In this document: positions 44,404-54,459 of the stretch, piece by piece | Position numbering within the stretch: position 1 is the first letter of the stretch | Layout of the letters: the number at the start of each line of letters is the position of its first letter | Assembly (NCBI GenBank): GCA_038843545.1 | Contig: JAWBRY010000001.1 | Coordinates: 19-64,018 of the forward strand | From: Candidatus Bathyarchaeia archaeon | GTDB taxonomy: Archaea; Thermoproteota; Bathyarchaeia; Bathyarchaeales; Bathycorpusculaceae | DNA length: 64,000 nucleotides | Direction: 5' to 3' | The notes under the pieces: generated by a model | Told to the model about the DNA's origin: nothing | Database searches by the model: none | Seen by the model: only the letters and a program-made list of their open reading frames with translations | Program-made: the position numbers and the translations under genes

Positions 44404-44961
44404 TTAAGCCTTAAACCATTTGAATATGAGATATCTAACTTTTCCTTCTTCCAAGTCTGGCACTGCAATTATAAACCTTTTGCGGACTGTAGTTGCCAGC
44501 CTACCTGCCTTAACAATATCTGTTGCCGTTAATTCAGAAGCCCCCTTTTTCACGGAAACCATGTAGGGGGCATGCTCCAAACCAGGTCCATACTTGTATA
44601 CTGCAAAATCGCACCCGAATTTTATGCCTGGAGTCACCACCATTCCCTTTTCGCGGAGGTCGCGGTAAACAGCATATTTCTCGTCAAACTCGTCATACAA
44701 CATTCTTGCTTTCTGTTGGAGTTTTTTCAAGGACACTTTTCGTTTTCCAACCCCTTCATACACTGTTATGATTCCCTTTTCGGCGAGGTATAATCCCTCC
44801 ATTAAGTCCAAAATTAACGGAACGTTAAATTCTGGGACCTTCGGCTTTGGAATACCCAATGGTTTGCCGTAAAAACCCATTTTATAGAGTTCTGAACCAT
44901 CCGCCGGGTTCCATACAACCAAAAAGTTTTCTATAAATTCAACCAGTATTTTTCGAGGCAT
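44404..44961 (-). CDS. endA: tRNA-splicing endonuclease, catalytic subunit
   Basis: 185 aa. Motifs: ..LDLMEGLYL.., ..YAVYRDLREKGMVVTPGIKFGCDFAVY.., ..HAPYMV.. and ..KAGRLATTVRK.. (catalytic Tyr/His/Lys contexts). Confidence 0.85.
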   Translation of the reverse strand: MPRKILVEFIENFLVVWNPADGSELYKMGFYGKPLGIPKPKVPEFNVPLILDLMEGLYLAEKGIITVYEGVGKRKVSLKKLQQKARMLYDEFDEKYAVYRDLREKGMVVTPGIKFGCDFAVYKYGPGLEHAPYMVSVKKGASELTATDIVKAGRLATTVRKRFIIAVPDLEEGKVRYLIFKWFKA

Positions 44962-44971
44962 TTCCAGCCCT

Positions 44972-45631
44972 TCACATTATGAGGGATAATATGCGGGCTG
45001 CCTCCACAGCGTCTTCAGCTTTATCCGCAGCATCCTCGAGGAGCTGAAGCACGTCTCTCAAAAGCAAAAGGGCTTGAATTTCAAGTTTGCTGTTTAGAAG
45101 CTTTATCTCCAGATTGCGGTAAAGCTCATCAACCTCTCTTTCGGCTATCTCAACTTCGCTGGCTTTTTCCATGGCCTTTTCTGGGCTGTACGACAAAACC
45201 ATTATAGTCTCTCTGAGCTTTATGACGGTTTCAAGGACAGCCTCTGAAAGTTTCAGAAGATCCCTTTTAATTTCGGCAGGCACATTCCAGTTATGCTCCA
45301 TCATTTGCAGAAGGCGGAAAACTATCCCCTCCGAAAAGTCGGCTATTTCGCTTGCAAGGTTTGTGAATCTTAAGAAGTCCTCCCTGCTTAGTAGTATGGC
45401 CCCAATCTCCGCTAACTCCCTTGAAACAAGCCTCCTAGCGTTGTCCACATCATCTTTACTAGCTCTAATCTCGTTGTAAACCTGTTTAGCTTTTTCCTCG
45501 TCATTCTTTATTAAGCAATCAATCATTTGCGGAATTTTCCTAGTCACATCTAAAACTTTTCTCAAATGTTCCTGGCATGCGTTTAACGCCCTACGCCTGG
45601 CCCGTTCCTCGGTTTCTGCTGGAAGCACCAA
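44972..45631 (-). CDS. DUF47/PhoU-related helical protein (putative phosphate-transport regulator-like)
   Basis: 219 aa, all-helical. The pattern is ..EIRASKDDVDNARRLVSRELA...SREDFLRFTNLASEIADFSEG... Family call is from memory. Confidence 0.5.
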   Translation of the reverse strand: MVLPAETEERARRRALNACQEHLRKVLDVTRKIPQMIDCLIKNDEEKAKQVYNEIRASKDDVDNARRLVSRELAEIGAILLSREDFLRFTNLASEIADFSEGIVFRLLQMMEHNWNVPAEIKRDLLKLSEAVLETVIKLRETIMVLSYSPEKAMEKASEVEIAEREVDELYRNLEIKLLNSKLEIQALLLLRDVLQLLEDAADKAEDAVEAARILSLIM

Positions 45632-45705
45632 ACTTCTTCCCGCCGCTGAACCCGTTCCATCCCCCTTCTATGAATATGTTCGATGCGTTAAAAAGGTAGC
45701 GACAA

Positions 45706-47463
45706 CTATCCCTTCACCGGCTCCCCTAAATCCTCAAAATCTATCTTTTTCCGGAAGTATTTGTGCAATAACTCTGGCAGGGAAGCGACTTTGGTTCGAA
45801 CCTGTCTCCACGTGTCCCGGTCGCGGATGGTTACCGTGTCATCTTTGAGGGTTTCATAGTCTATAGTTATTCCTAATGGTATGCCTGCTTCATCTGCCCT
45901 TGCATAGCGTCTTCCAATGGAACCTGCCTCATCATACTCCGCGACGAAACCTTCGTCAATCAGCATTTTGTAGATCTCCATGGCCTTTTCAGGAAGGCCG
46001 TCTCTGCTCACCAGCGGGTATACACCCACCTGTATGGGTGCTATGTCTCTTGGAAAACTGAGAATCACCCTGTCATCCCTGACGCGGTAGGCGTACTCAA
46101 GAGCTACATAGACAAGCCTGTCTGAGCCGAAACTTGGCTCAACAACATGGGGTATAAAACGTCTTCCCGGCTCTTTAACCGTGCGTTTGGTTATTTCCAC
46201 ATGTTCCGGTAGAATCTTATGTTCCCCAAGCATGTAATAGCCCTTTTCCCTGAAAAAGGCTTCAACCTCTTCTGGGTTTACTTTCTCAAGCCTTTCTGCA
46301 ATTTTTTGGGCATCGTCCCTAAAAACTGGTCCAAGCTTCGCCATTAAAGGTTTTATTACGGTTTTCTCCACTTCAATAGGTTTTTCATATTCCTTGAAAA
46401 CCTGCATGTCTACTCCGCTAAACTGCATGTGCCTTTTTAAGTCGTAGTCCGTTCTATACGCGTGGCCTGAAACCTCAATCCAGCCCCAACGGTCAACGTA
46501 GACCTCTTGGTCAAAGCTTTGGATGGAATAGTGGGCGCGTTCCCATGGAAGTTTTTCGATGAAACGCTGCTTTTCAGACGGGACCCCCAATTCCACCAGC
46601 AGCTTCTTCGCCAGCGCCATGAAGGCTGCTTGCCATGGAACTTTTATGTACCCTTTTTCCAGCGCCTCTTTCACGGTGACTTCAACAACCTCCTCTGAGC
46701 CGCGGAGTTTGCTTTCAGCCAAGACAAGCCGCAAAGTTTCATTTTCCACATCCTTTAAAATGAAGCAGTTGGGGTTCTCCGGGTCGAAGAAAAACTCTAT
46801 GTCAATTATGGTGAACTCCCTAAGCCTTATCAAGCCCTGTCTTGGTGAAATTTCATTTCGCAAGGCGTGACCTATCTGCATGACACCAAAGGGAAGCTGT
46901 TCCCTCGCATTTTCGTATAGCCGTCTGAACTCCACGAATATATTTTGTGCGGCCTCGGGTCTTCCGTAACCTATGGCCTCCGAATAGGGGCCTATCGTGG
47001 TTTTGAACATTGTTAAAAAGTGTTTTGGCTCTCCAAAGTCTCCACCGCATTCTGGGCAGCGCACTTCATGTTTGTCCATGGCCTCTTTAAGCTCTTTTAA
47101 GCCAAGTTTCTCGACCTCCGCGTCGCTTAGCTTTGCTTTTTCTCGAAGCAAGTGGTCTGCTCTGAAGCGTCTTCCGCATTTTAAACACTCCACCATAGGC
47201 TCCATAAAGTTTTCAACATGCCCTGAGGCCTCAAACACTTTAGCTGGCGCTATGATCGGGGCTTCTATCTCCATGATTCCAAGCTTGTTCACAAAAAGTT
47301 CCCTAAGTTTTCTTTCAATGTTCTGTTTTAGCCTTGCGCCCAAGAAGCCGTAGGTTACAAAGCCGCTAACACCACCGTAGATTTCATAGGACTGCCAGAA
47401 GAACCCCCTGCGGCGGGCTAACTCGCTTATCAATGTGTACTTGTCTGTTGGTGCTTCGTCCAT
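45706..47463 (-). CDS. glyS: Glycyl-tRNA synthetase (archaeal/eukaryotic alpha2 type)
   Basis: 585 aa. Motifs: ..RRGFFWQSYEIYGGVSGF.., ..LRNEISPRQGLIRLREF.. and ..EPSFGSDR... The C-terminus is an anticodon-binding domain. Confidence 0.9.
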   Translation of the reverse strand: MDEAPTDKYTLISELARRRGFFWQSYEIYGGVSGFVTYGFLGARLKQNIERKLRELFVNKLGIMEIEAPIIAPAKVFEASGHVENFMEPMVECLKCGRRFRADHLLREKAKLSDAEVEKLGLKELKEAMDKHEVRCPECGGDFGEPKHFLTMFKTTIGPYSEAIGYGRPEAAQNIFVEFRRLYENAREQLPFGVMQIGHALRNEISPRQGLIRLREFTIIDIEFFFDPENPNCFILKDVENETLRLVLAESKLRGSEEVVEVTVKEALEKGYIKVPWQAAFMALAKKLLVELGVPSEKQRFIEKLPWERAHYSIQSFDQEVYVDRWGWIEVSGHAYRTDYDLKRHMQFSGVDMQVFKEYEKPIEVEKTVIKPLMAKLGPVFRDDAQKIAERLEKVNPEEVEAFFREKGYYMLGEHKILPEHVEITKRTVKEPGRRFIPHVVEPSFGSDRLVYVALEYAYRVRDDRVILSFPRDIAPIQVGVYPLVSRDGLPEKAMEIYKMLIDEGFVAEYDEAGSIGRRYARADEAGIPLGITIDYETLKDDTVTIRDRDTWRQVRTKVASLPELLHKYFRKKIDFEDLGEPVKG

Positions 47464-47577
47464 TTTTACACCTCAGCTTCATGTGTGGCTAAATTCTTTA
47501 AAGCTTACTTAATAATAAACCTTAAAAATGGGACTGGGCTGTTGAGACCTTTAGCCGACTTATTTGCCTAGTTTCTG

Positions 47578-47799
47578 TTATAAGTGTTTGGCGATCGTCA
47601 CATCTTGGATTTTACCGTCTTCATTTAGGTGAAATTCCAAGAGCACCCTGTCGAGGGCGTTTCTTTTGCTGTTAAATTCTTCACCGCATTCTCCACATTG
47701 AATATCTGCCTCCATCTCAACAACGTACCATGATGCCTCCATATAGAAGCGCCCACAGCTTGGGCAACGCAAAACCGTTACATCCATCCAAGCCCTCAT
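47578..47799 (-). CDS. Small zinc-ribbon protein (hypothetical)
   Basis: It has CPSCGRFY...CGECGEEF. The internal ATG (MRAWMDV) at 47799 avoids overlap with the divergent 47854 gene. Confidence 0.35.
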   Translation of the reverse strand: MRAWMDVTVLRCPSCGRFYMEASWYVVEMEADIQCGECGEEFNSKRNALDRVLLEFHLNEDGKIQDVTIAKHL

Positions 47800-47853
47800 T
47801 TTCAACCACTTTATGCAAATGCTTGCATAGAGCTTTATAAATCCGTATGTAAT

Positions 47854-48942
47854 ATGGAAGACAAAGTGGTGCATGGTTTGCCAAACATTAAAGTGGCCCT
47901 TGTCGGTGTTGGAAACTGCGCATCTGCCCTTGTTCAAGGAATTCAATATTATGGTAAGTCTGGGAACGGCGGCGAATGTTTTGGTTTAAGAAACCCAACC
48001 CTTAGAGGGTACAGTCCCAAAGACATTCAAGTTGTTGCCGCTTTCGATATTGATAGCAGAAAAGTTGGAAAGGATTTAGCCGAAGCGATTTTTGCTTCTC
48101 CGAACAATGCGCCGAAATTTGTGGATGTAGCGCCGACCGGCGTCATTGTCCATAAGGGACCGGTTTTAGACGGCATCGGCGAGTATACAAAAAACGTGGT
48201 TCAAGTGAGCAGTTTGCCCGAAGCTGACGTTGTAAAAGTGCTGAGGGAGAGTGGCGCTGAAATCGTGGTTAACCTGCTTCCAAGCGGCGCCGTTAGGGCT
48301 TCGGAATGGTATGCAAATCAAGCGTTGAAGGCTGGATGTGCCTTCATAAATGCGACGCCAACTTTTATCGCGAGCAATCTTGAATGGGCGAGGCGTTACG
48401 AAGATGCCGGTTTGCCCTTAGTGGGCGACGACCTGATTGACCAGATAGGCGCCACAACGATCCACAAAATTCTATTGCAGCATCTTTCCAGGTATGGTGT
48501 CCGTGTAACGGAAACTTACCAGCTTGACGTTGGAGGGGGAACAGAATCTCTTGACACATTTGAGAGAACTAGAGACTTGAAAAGGGCGATTAAAACCGAA
48601 ACCGTTAAGGCATCATTACCCTACGAGGCCGAAGTGGTTGCCGGGTCAACGGACTACGTTGACTTCCTCCAAAACAGGCGGGACAGCTTCTTCTGGATTA
48701 GGGGAGTTTACTTCTGCGGGGCACTTGTTCAAATTGACATTAGGCTTTCAACCATCGACGCCCCCAACGCAGGATCCCCACTCTTAGATGTGATAAGAGC
48801 CGTTAAAATAGCCCTAAACCGTAAACTGAAGGGGGCCATACTACCCATATGCGCTTATGCCTTCAAACGTCCACCGCAGCTTTTATCGATGGAAATTGCA
48901 GAAAAAATGTTTGAGGAATTTATTGCCCAAAATCGATCCTAA
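47854..48942 (+). CDS. ino1: myo-Inositol-1-phosphate synthase (Ino1 type)
   Basis: 362 aa. KVALVGVGNCASALVQGIQYY, ..VAAFDID..KVGKDL.., ..PLVGDD..Q.GAT and ..QLDVGGG.. match the short Ino1 family. Confidence 0.85.
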   Translation: MEDKVVHGLPNIKVALVGVGNCASALVQGIQYYGKSGNGGECFGLRNPTLRGYSPKDIQVVAAFDIDSRKVGKDLAEAIFASPNNAPKFVDVAPTGVIVHKGPVLDGIGEYTKNVVQVSSLPEADVVKVLRESGAEIVVNLLPSGAVRASEWYANQALKAGCAFINATPTFIASNLEWARRYEDAGLPLVGDDLIDQIGATTIHKILLQHLSRYGVRVTETYQLDVGGGTESLDTFERTRDLKRAIKTETVKASLPYEAEVVAGSTDYVDFLQNRRDSFFWIRGVYFCGALVQIDIRLSTIDAPNAGSPLLDVIRAVKIALNRKLKGAILPICAYAFKRPPQLLSMEIAEKMFEEFIAQNRS

Positions 48943-50047
48943 AGTCATCCGCCAAACTCTCTAATTTCTTAATAATCTCCTCCTTCACTCCGGTTTTGGC
49001 CACCTCCCCCTTAATCCACGAAATTGTCTCGACTGGAGTTGGATCCACCCCCCGCAGTATTGCCAAGTAAACGCTTGCGAAATCCCCGATCAACGTGGCT
49101 GACACCATTTTGGACAGCCGCCCCTTCCCCAACCTCCAAATTTCTTGAACATTTACCCCTTTACTGTTCAGAATCTGTTTAGTTGCTTCTATACGAGCCC
49201 TAACTTCTAACGGTTCATCTTTGTCGCGTATAAACAATGCGGAGAAATATTTTGCCAGTCCTTCAGCTCTTTCCCAGCCGACAACTTCGTTATGGTTCAG
49301 CTCCGGGAAAGCGTTCCAAAAAGCTGGAATCTTGCTGTTTTCGTTGAATTGCTGTTTAAGGCGTTGGGCAACGGAACGGTAAAAGCCAAACCCATAGATA
49401 ATCGGGATTGTGCCATTAACCTTAACTGCCAACTTTTTCGATGGGTTAATCTCCAAGCGTCTTTCCGGAGAGTTTTCAATGCAGATTTGCTCTAGCACAG
49501 ATTTTGCCTCGAGAATTTCGTCCCATATGTTTGGGACTAGGCCAAGCTTCTCCATGAAAACCATTAGGGGCATTAAGAGGTATGGGAGGGCTGCTCTTGG
49601 TGGAATCCCCTTCGGTATTTGCAGAGCTGGTACCCTCATTTTCTCTGCAATCTTCAAAAGGGTTCCATCGGAGCTTATGCAAAAAATCTTACACCCTTTT
49701 TTAGCGGCGTCCAGAAGACAACTAAGTGTTTCCTCAGTTTCTCCCGAATAACTTACCATGAAAGTTATGGCGCCATCCTTTGCGTGCGCCGGAAGCGTAT
49801 ATTCTCGGCAAACTTCCACAGGCACTGTGAGGACGGTTCGCCCCCAATCCCTAACAAATTCGCCTCCCATGGCGGAGGCGCCCATGCCGGCCACGATAAT
49901 CATTTTCGGTTTTGGATAGTCTAACTCGCTTTTTCGAGCCTTTTCGGCAGCCTCCATGTAGTGCCTTGGCGCGTTGATGCAGAAGGAAAGCATGTCGCTT
50001 TTGTCTATTCTCCTAATTTCATCTAAATTGTCTAAAACAGCTGGCAA
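48920..50047 (-). CDS. SIS-domain bifunctional phosphoglucose/phosphomannose isomerase-like protein
   Basis: 375 aa. The SIS motifs are ..IIVAGMGASAMGG.. and ..VSYSGETEET... The C-terminal domain fits archaeal PGI/PMI. Confidence 0.65.
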   Translation of the reverse strand: MPAVLDNLDEIRRIDKSDMLSFCINAPRHYMEAAEKARKSELDYPKPKMIIVAGMGASAMGGEFVRDWGRTVLTVPVEVCREYTLPAHAKDGAITFMVSYSGETEETLSCLLDAAKKGCKIFCISSDGTLLKIAEKMRVPALQIPKGIPPRAALPYLLMPLMVFMEKLGLVPNIWDEILEAKSVLEQICIENSPERRLEINPSKKLAVKVNGTIPIIYGFGFYRSVAQRLKQQFNENSKIPAFWNAFPELNHNEVVGWERAEGLAKYFSALFIRDKDEPLEVRARIEATKQILNSKGVNVQEIWRLGKGRLSKMVSATLIGDFASVYLAILRGVDPTPVETISWIKGEVAKTGVKEEIIKKLESLADDFRIDFGQ

Positions 50048-50143
50048 ATTCAGCCCCCTCTATTTCTATGGTTTTCGGCTTTTAGCTTTTAAAAACAACA
50101 GCTAACCTATTTAACCGGCCCACCTCATATTTTGTGCAGTGAG

Positions 50144-51000
50144 ATGTTGAACCGTAGAAAGGTTTCGATAGCTATTCCCGCCTCCGTGGTTTCCGACGTT
50201 CCTCACCTGAGGGAAAAAACAGCGAAAGTAGGTTTGATCGGGAGGGCTCCGCAATTTTCGGGGTTGAAGAGATAATAATTTACCAAGACAAGCCGGGTGT
50301 AAATCAGAAGGCTGAAGTAGACTTGATAAGCACGCTGCTAAGCTACATGGAAACTCCCCAATACCTTCGAAAAAGACTGTTCAAGCTAAGACCTGAACTA
50401 CGTTATGCTGGAATCTTACCTCCTTTGAGAACACCCCACCATCCCACCGCTAAGAGAACGGTTGACTTAAAGGTTGGCGAATACCGTGAAGGTGTAACCA
50501 TGGCAAAGACTAGAGGGGGCATTCTTGTGGATGTGGGTGTCGAAAAACCAGCGCTTGTGACAGGTGTCCATTTGCCTCTGGGTAAAAGGGTAACCGTCAA
50601 AATTGAAAGCGTTAAAGAGTCGCTGACAGCGAAAGTGGTGGATGTTAATGAAATCCCCTGCTACTGGGGATACAGGGTAACAGTTTGGGAGGGCTCATTC
50701 GGGAGCCTTACGAAGAGCGGAAAGTTTGATTTGAAAATTGCCACATCAAGGCACGGTGAAGTTTTCACCACCGTTAAAGATAGGATTGCAGAAAGATGGG
50801 CAAAGGCTGGAAACGTGCTAATTGGGTTCGGCGCACCAGACGCTGGGCTCTATGAAATAATTAAACGTGAAAACCTTAACTTGGAAAATGTTGTAGACTT
50901 TGTGGTTAACACGGTTCCGGGACAATGGACGGAAACCATTCGAACCGAGGAGGCTGTCATAGCATCCCTTGCAGTTTTCAATTGCTTTCTGGGGCTTTAA
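50144..51000 (+). pseudogene. DUF171/SPOUT1-like putative RNA methyltransferase with a broken reading frame
   Basis: The hand-translated N-terminal piece (ATG 50144) reads MLNRRKVSIAIPASVVSDVPHLREKTAKVGLIGRA and then runs into a TAA at 50273. The conserved continuation AIFGVEEIIIYQDKPG...YMETPQYLRKRLF.. is in another frame, the one holding ORF 50323-51000. The frames change around 50245-50252. Confidence 0.6.
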
Positions 51001-51033
51001 GGTTTAAATGCTTGTTTTTCTTTAAGTTGGCTC

Positions 51034-52035
51034 ATGCACTTCGATGTGGCGATGCCGTTAACCCTTTTTGCAGTTACGGTAACTGCAACATTTCTAAGCG
51101 GAAGGGTTGAAAAAAAGCTTAGAGCTGTTTTCGAGGAGAGGGAATTCAAGGTTAAGGATACATTTTTACTGGTGGCGGCAATTAGCGTGGCGGTTTCCGT
51201 CATGACGCTTATACCTCAAATGGCTATCGTAGTAATCTTTCTGCTCGCCTACTCACTGCTGCTTTCCATTTTCACCTACATTTTCTCGGACGTGAAAAGG
51301 GTTCAAGCTAAGCTTTTTTGCGCTGGCTTCGTCGCGGTCTGCCTTTTAGCTGGCACCGTCAGCCTTTTCTTTTCGGTGTTCTCTGACGTTTATTTCGCCT
51401 ACGGGGCTCTCGTTTTGTACTGTTTGGGCGGCTTTTCCTTAATAGCGCTTGTTTATGAGGATGGTCGGAAACATGCAAAGGAACGCTGGTACATAGCTGC
51501 CATGCCCTCCATCCTATTCATCACTCTTTACATTTTCTACAGCAAAACACACGTATGGTTCCCGTATATGCTAAACATTTATGGACTTGTTTTCGCCGTC
51601 CTAATAATCCTCTACTTCGGGAGTCTATTTTCATGGAAATCATCGCTGGTTTTTGCCGGCCTCTTAACCACCGCTGACGTAATATTGGTTTTGGTAACCC
51701 GAACCATGGTTTCGGCTGCAATCCACGTGTCAAGCTTAAGGCTTCCAGTGCTGATTATTTTACCCACATTTCCACAAATTATAACCCAGCAAGGCGCGTT
51801 GTTTATGTCCCTAGGCTTAGGAGACTTCTTTTTCGCAGGTCTTCTAGCCACACAAACACACAAAAAATTTGGAAAAAACACGGCTCTACTAGCGTCGGCA
51901 ACTATGGCTACCTCATTTTTTGCCTTTGAAGCATTTATATTAAACTTTAGGGTGAACGCTTTCCCGGGAACCTTGATGATCCTCTGTGGCTGGCTTCCCG
52001 TTGTGCTTTTTAAGTTTTTGAAGGGTGAATATTGA
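51034..52035 (+). CDS. Polytopic membrane protein with a GxGD motif, possible presenilin/SPP-like intramembrane aspartyl protease
   Basis: 333 aa with about 8-9 TM helices. LGLGDFFFAGLL lies in a late helix, an Asp sits in the preceding helix (..TTADVILVLV..), and AFPGTL occupies the PAL position. Confidence 0.45.
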   Translation: MHFDVAMPLTLFAVTVTATFLSGRVEKKLRAVFEEREFKVKDTFLLVAAISVAVSVMTLIPQMAIVVIFLLAYSLLLSIFTYIFSDVKRVQAKLFCAGFVAVCLLAGTVSLFFSVFSDVYFAYGALVLYCLGGFSLIALVYEDGRKHAKERWYIAAMPSILFITLYIFYSKTHVWFPYMLNIYGLVFAVLIILYFGSLFSWKSSLVFAGLLTTADVILVLVTRTMVSAAIHVSSLRLPVLIILPTFPQIITQQGALFMSLGLGDFFFAGLLATQTHKKFGKNTALLASATMATSFFAFEAFILNFRVNAFPGTLMILCGWLPVVLFKFLKGEY

Positions 52036-52038
52036 AAT

Positions 52039-52461
52039 TTACAAGTCCTCTTCGGTGATTATCTTAATCCCGTTTTTCCTTAGTAATGCCGCTGTTATCC
52101 CTTCGCCCTTTATTGTTTTCCCGGAGAATGTTCCATTGTAAATTCGTCCAAACCCGCATGAAGGGCTTCCCTGCTTTAAAATGGCCTCCTTAATGTTGAA
52201 TAGTTTGGCTATTTTCAGAGTTTCCTCGGCACCCCGCACAAAGTTTTGTGTCACATCTGTTCCGGATCTTGTGATAACTTTACTTCCGACAATCTCTGCT
52301 GGTTCTCTTGGCGTGGGTAAGCCTCCAAGCTGTTCTGGACAGACTGGAATTAATACCTCGCTTTTAAGTAGTGCAACAACTCTTTTGTTAAAGGCGCTTT
52401 TCCCGTTATATCTGCATTTAACCCCTAATAAACATGCACTGCAGAGTTTCATGGCTTTCAA
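52039..52461 (-). CDS. DUF523 family protein
   Basis: 140 aa. CSACLLGVKCRYNGK...PVCPEQLGGLPTPREPAE is the DUF523 signature. Confidence 0.75.
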   Translation of the reverse strand: MKAMKLCSACLLGVKCRYNGKSAFNKRVVALLKSEVLIPVCPEQLGGLPTPREPAEIVGSKVITRSGTDVTQNFVRGAEETLKIAKLFNIKEAILKQGSPSCGFGRIYNGTFSGKTIKGEGITAALLRKNGIKIITEEDL

Positions 52462-52503
52462 ATGGGCTTATATGTTTTCATTTTAAAATAATTGTGGCGG
52501 CTG

Positions 52504-52827
52504 TTAGCCGAAGAGGGCTGAAAGTCCTTCGAGGGCTGCTTCTTCTTTGGCCTTTTCTTCCTCTTCCTTCTTTTTCTTCTCTTCTTCCTTTGGTTTAACT
52601 TCGGCTGCTGTTGTTGCAGCTGGAGCTGCCGGTACGGGTGCAAGCATCATAGTTGGAGCCGATTTAATAACTTCATCTATGTTAACCTCTGCTAGGGAAG
52701 CCACGAGGGCTTTGACTCTGACAGCGTCAACGTTGATGCCGGCTGCTGTTAAAACATGTGTCAAGTTCTCCTCGTTTATGGGCTTTCCAGCCTTGTGGAG
52801 GAGCATTGCCGCGTATATGTATTCCAT
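52504..52827 (-). CDS. rpl12: 50S ribosomal stalk protein P1 (L12e)
   Basis: 107 aa. It starts [15 protein letters not shown].., has an Ala/Pro hinge, and ends in an acidic tail, ..EGLSALFG. Confidence 0.9.
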   Translation of the reverse strand: MEYIYAAMLLHKAGKPINEENLTHVLTAAGINVDAVRVKALVASLAEVNIDEVIKSAPTMMLAPVPAAPAATTAAEVKPKEEEKKKKEEEEKAKEEAALEGLSALFG

Positions 52828-52860
52828 ACTTTCACCTCACTCCTAACTATTTCAACTCCT

Positions 52861-53736
52861 TCAAGTTTGTTTGGGGCTCTCTTCCAAATTAGGAATTCTC
52901 ATACTTAAACTTAACATTTCCAGGTGGGCTTTTCTAATAAGGTCTTTTATGGTTTCCTTTGTCGGTATGGCTGCGCCAAGCGATAGGGCGTAAGCCTCTT
53001 GGTGGGCGATTTGCAATAAGACCCGTATGTTTTCCTTTGTCGGGTAAGCGATGCCCAGTGAAAGTTTGAAGGCTTCTGTGTAGGCGGCTTCAAACTGTTT
53101 TTTGGTTTCTTCTATGTTTAAGCTGAGTTGTTCACCCTCTATAATGATGCCACCATCATATACAACTTTTAGTGTTAACCCTGCTTCAACAGCCTTTATC
53201 CCTAGTTTTGATAAAACGCTTGCCAGTCTTTCTGAAATGACCTCGCCCTTACGGGCAACCAGTGTGTCTTTCGTTATCCAAACGCTTCCAGACTCTATTC
53301 TCGTCGGCAGACCTACAGCGTTCAACTGGCTTATTATGGGTCCGGGCGGATACCCCGTGTTGCCAGCTGGTACAATTATGTCGAAGGATGCAATGTCCCC
53401 TGCCTTTGCAATCATGTGAACTTTGTTTCTCTCAAGAAGCAGTGCCAGCTTAAACGGGTTCATGTCTGTGAAGAGGAAAACATTTGAGCCCGTAAGGTAC
53501 TTTTCCAGCTTTTTTAGTTCGGTTCGCCCCCCAAGACTTTCAATGGCCCTTTTCATTATAGTGTTTTTTACAACGCGGATGTAGGCCTCTCCTCTCAGTT
53601 TTTTCTTTAACTCTTGCAGTTGGGATGCCCTGACTTTTTGGAGGCTTGCTATTCCAAGCACTTTGTACCGTCTGAGAAGCTTTATTACCTCCGCGACTTC
53701 GGCGGCTTTTTCCTGTAAAACTAGTTGAGATGGCAA
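52861..53736 (-). CDS. rplP0: 50S ribosomal protein uL10 (P0)
   Basis: 291 aa. Its position between L1 and P1 and its N-terminal L10 domain pattern (..LQELKKKLRG.A.IRVVKNT..) support the call. Confidence 0.9.
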   Translation of the reverse strand: MPSQLVLQEKAAEVAEVIKLLRRYKVLGIASLQKVRASQLQELKKKLRGEAYIRVVKNTIMKRAIESLGGRTELKKLEKYLTGSNVFLFTDMNPFKLALLLERNKVHMIAKAGDIASFDIIVPAGNTGYPPGPIISQLNAVGLPTRIESGSVWITKDTLVARKGEVISERLASVLSKLGIKAVEAGLTLKVVYDGGIIIEGEQLSLNIEETKKQFEAAYTEAFKLSLGIAYPTKENIRVLLQIAHQEAYALSLGAAIPTKETIKDLIRKAHLEMLSLSMRIPNLEESPKQT

Positions 53737-53751
53737 ATGCCTTCCCTCATT

Positions 53752-54405
53752 CTACAGCTTAATCTTCACGGGGGCTCCCATGGTTGTTTTGATGTGGATT
53801 GATTTGATGTTTTTTATTCCCCTCTTCATTTTTCCCTCAACAATCTTCAACACGGCTTGTATATTCTCTGCCAGCTCCTCTTCCTTCATGTCCTCGGTTC
53901 CAATGCGGCACTGTATTACGGGCTGATTGCGCATTCTAACGGTGACGGTTCTGCGGTATTTTCTCAGTAAGCCTTCTATGTCAGCGTGGGGAGGCACAGG
54001 CACGGGCATTTTTCCTCTGGGGCCTAAGGCAGCGCCTAAAACTTTGCCCACAAGGGGCATTAGAGGGGCCTCAGCGAGGAAGAAATCATATTCGTTGGCG
54101 ATTTTTCGTATCTCTCTCTTTTTGCCTGCAAGGGCTTCAAGTTCGTCTTTATCGATCACCAAGTCCGCGTTGGCCCTTTTTGCTTTGAATGCAAGTTCAC
54201 CCGTTGCGATTACGCACACCTTGTTTGGTTTACTTTGAGGTGGATGCGGTAGTTCAATGTTTTCTTGAAGTCTACCCTCTGGAGATTTCATGTCAACATC
54301 CTGAAGCGTCAATATTAGCTCCACTGATTGGACGAAGTTTCTTTTGCCGCCTTTCTCCTTCGCCTCTCTAATAGCATTTAACACTGTTTTAGGCTCTAAT
54401 GACAT
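53752..54405 (-). CDS. rpl1: 50S ribosomal protein uL1
   Basis: 217 aa. Motifs: ..KRNFVQSVEL.., ..GKVLGPRGKMP... It sits in the conserved cluster. Confidence 0.95.
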   Translation of the reverse strand: MSLEPKTVLNAIREAKEKGGKRNFVQSVELILTLQDVDMKSPEGRLQENIELPHPPQSKPNKVCVIATGELAFKAKRANADLVIDKDELEALAGKKREIRKIANEYDFFLAEAPLMPLVGKVLGAALGPRGKMPVPVPPHADIEGLLRKYRRTVTVRMRNQPVIQCRIGTEDMKEEELAENIQAVLKIVEGKMKRGIKNIKSIHIKTTMGAPVKIKL

Positions 54406-54459
54406 TTGTTAGGGCCCCGTGCCATTGATGGATTATTAAGCCATTATAAAAAGGTTCTC

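Noticed and set aside
52458-52643. 61-aa ORF encoding a [11 protein letters not shown]-rich peptide.
   Set aside because: It is the frame-shifted or antisense image of the GAA/GAG-rich acidic tail of stalk protein P1. It is not an independent gene.
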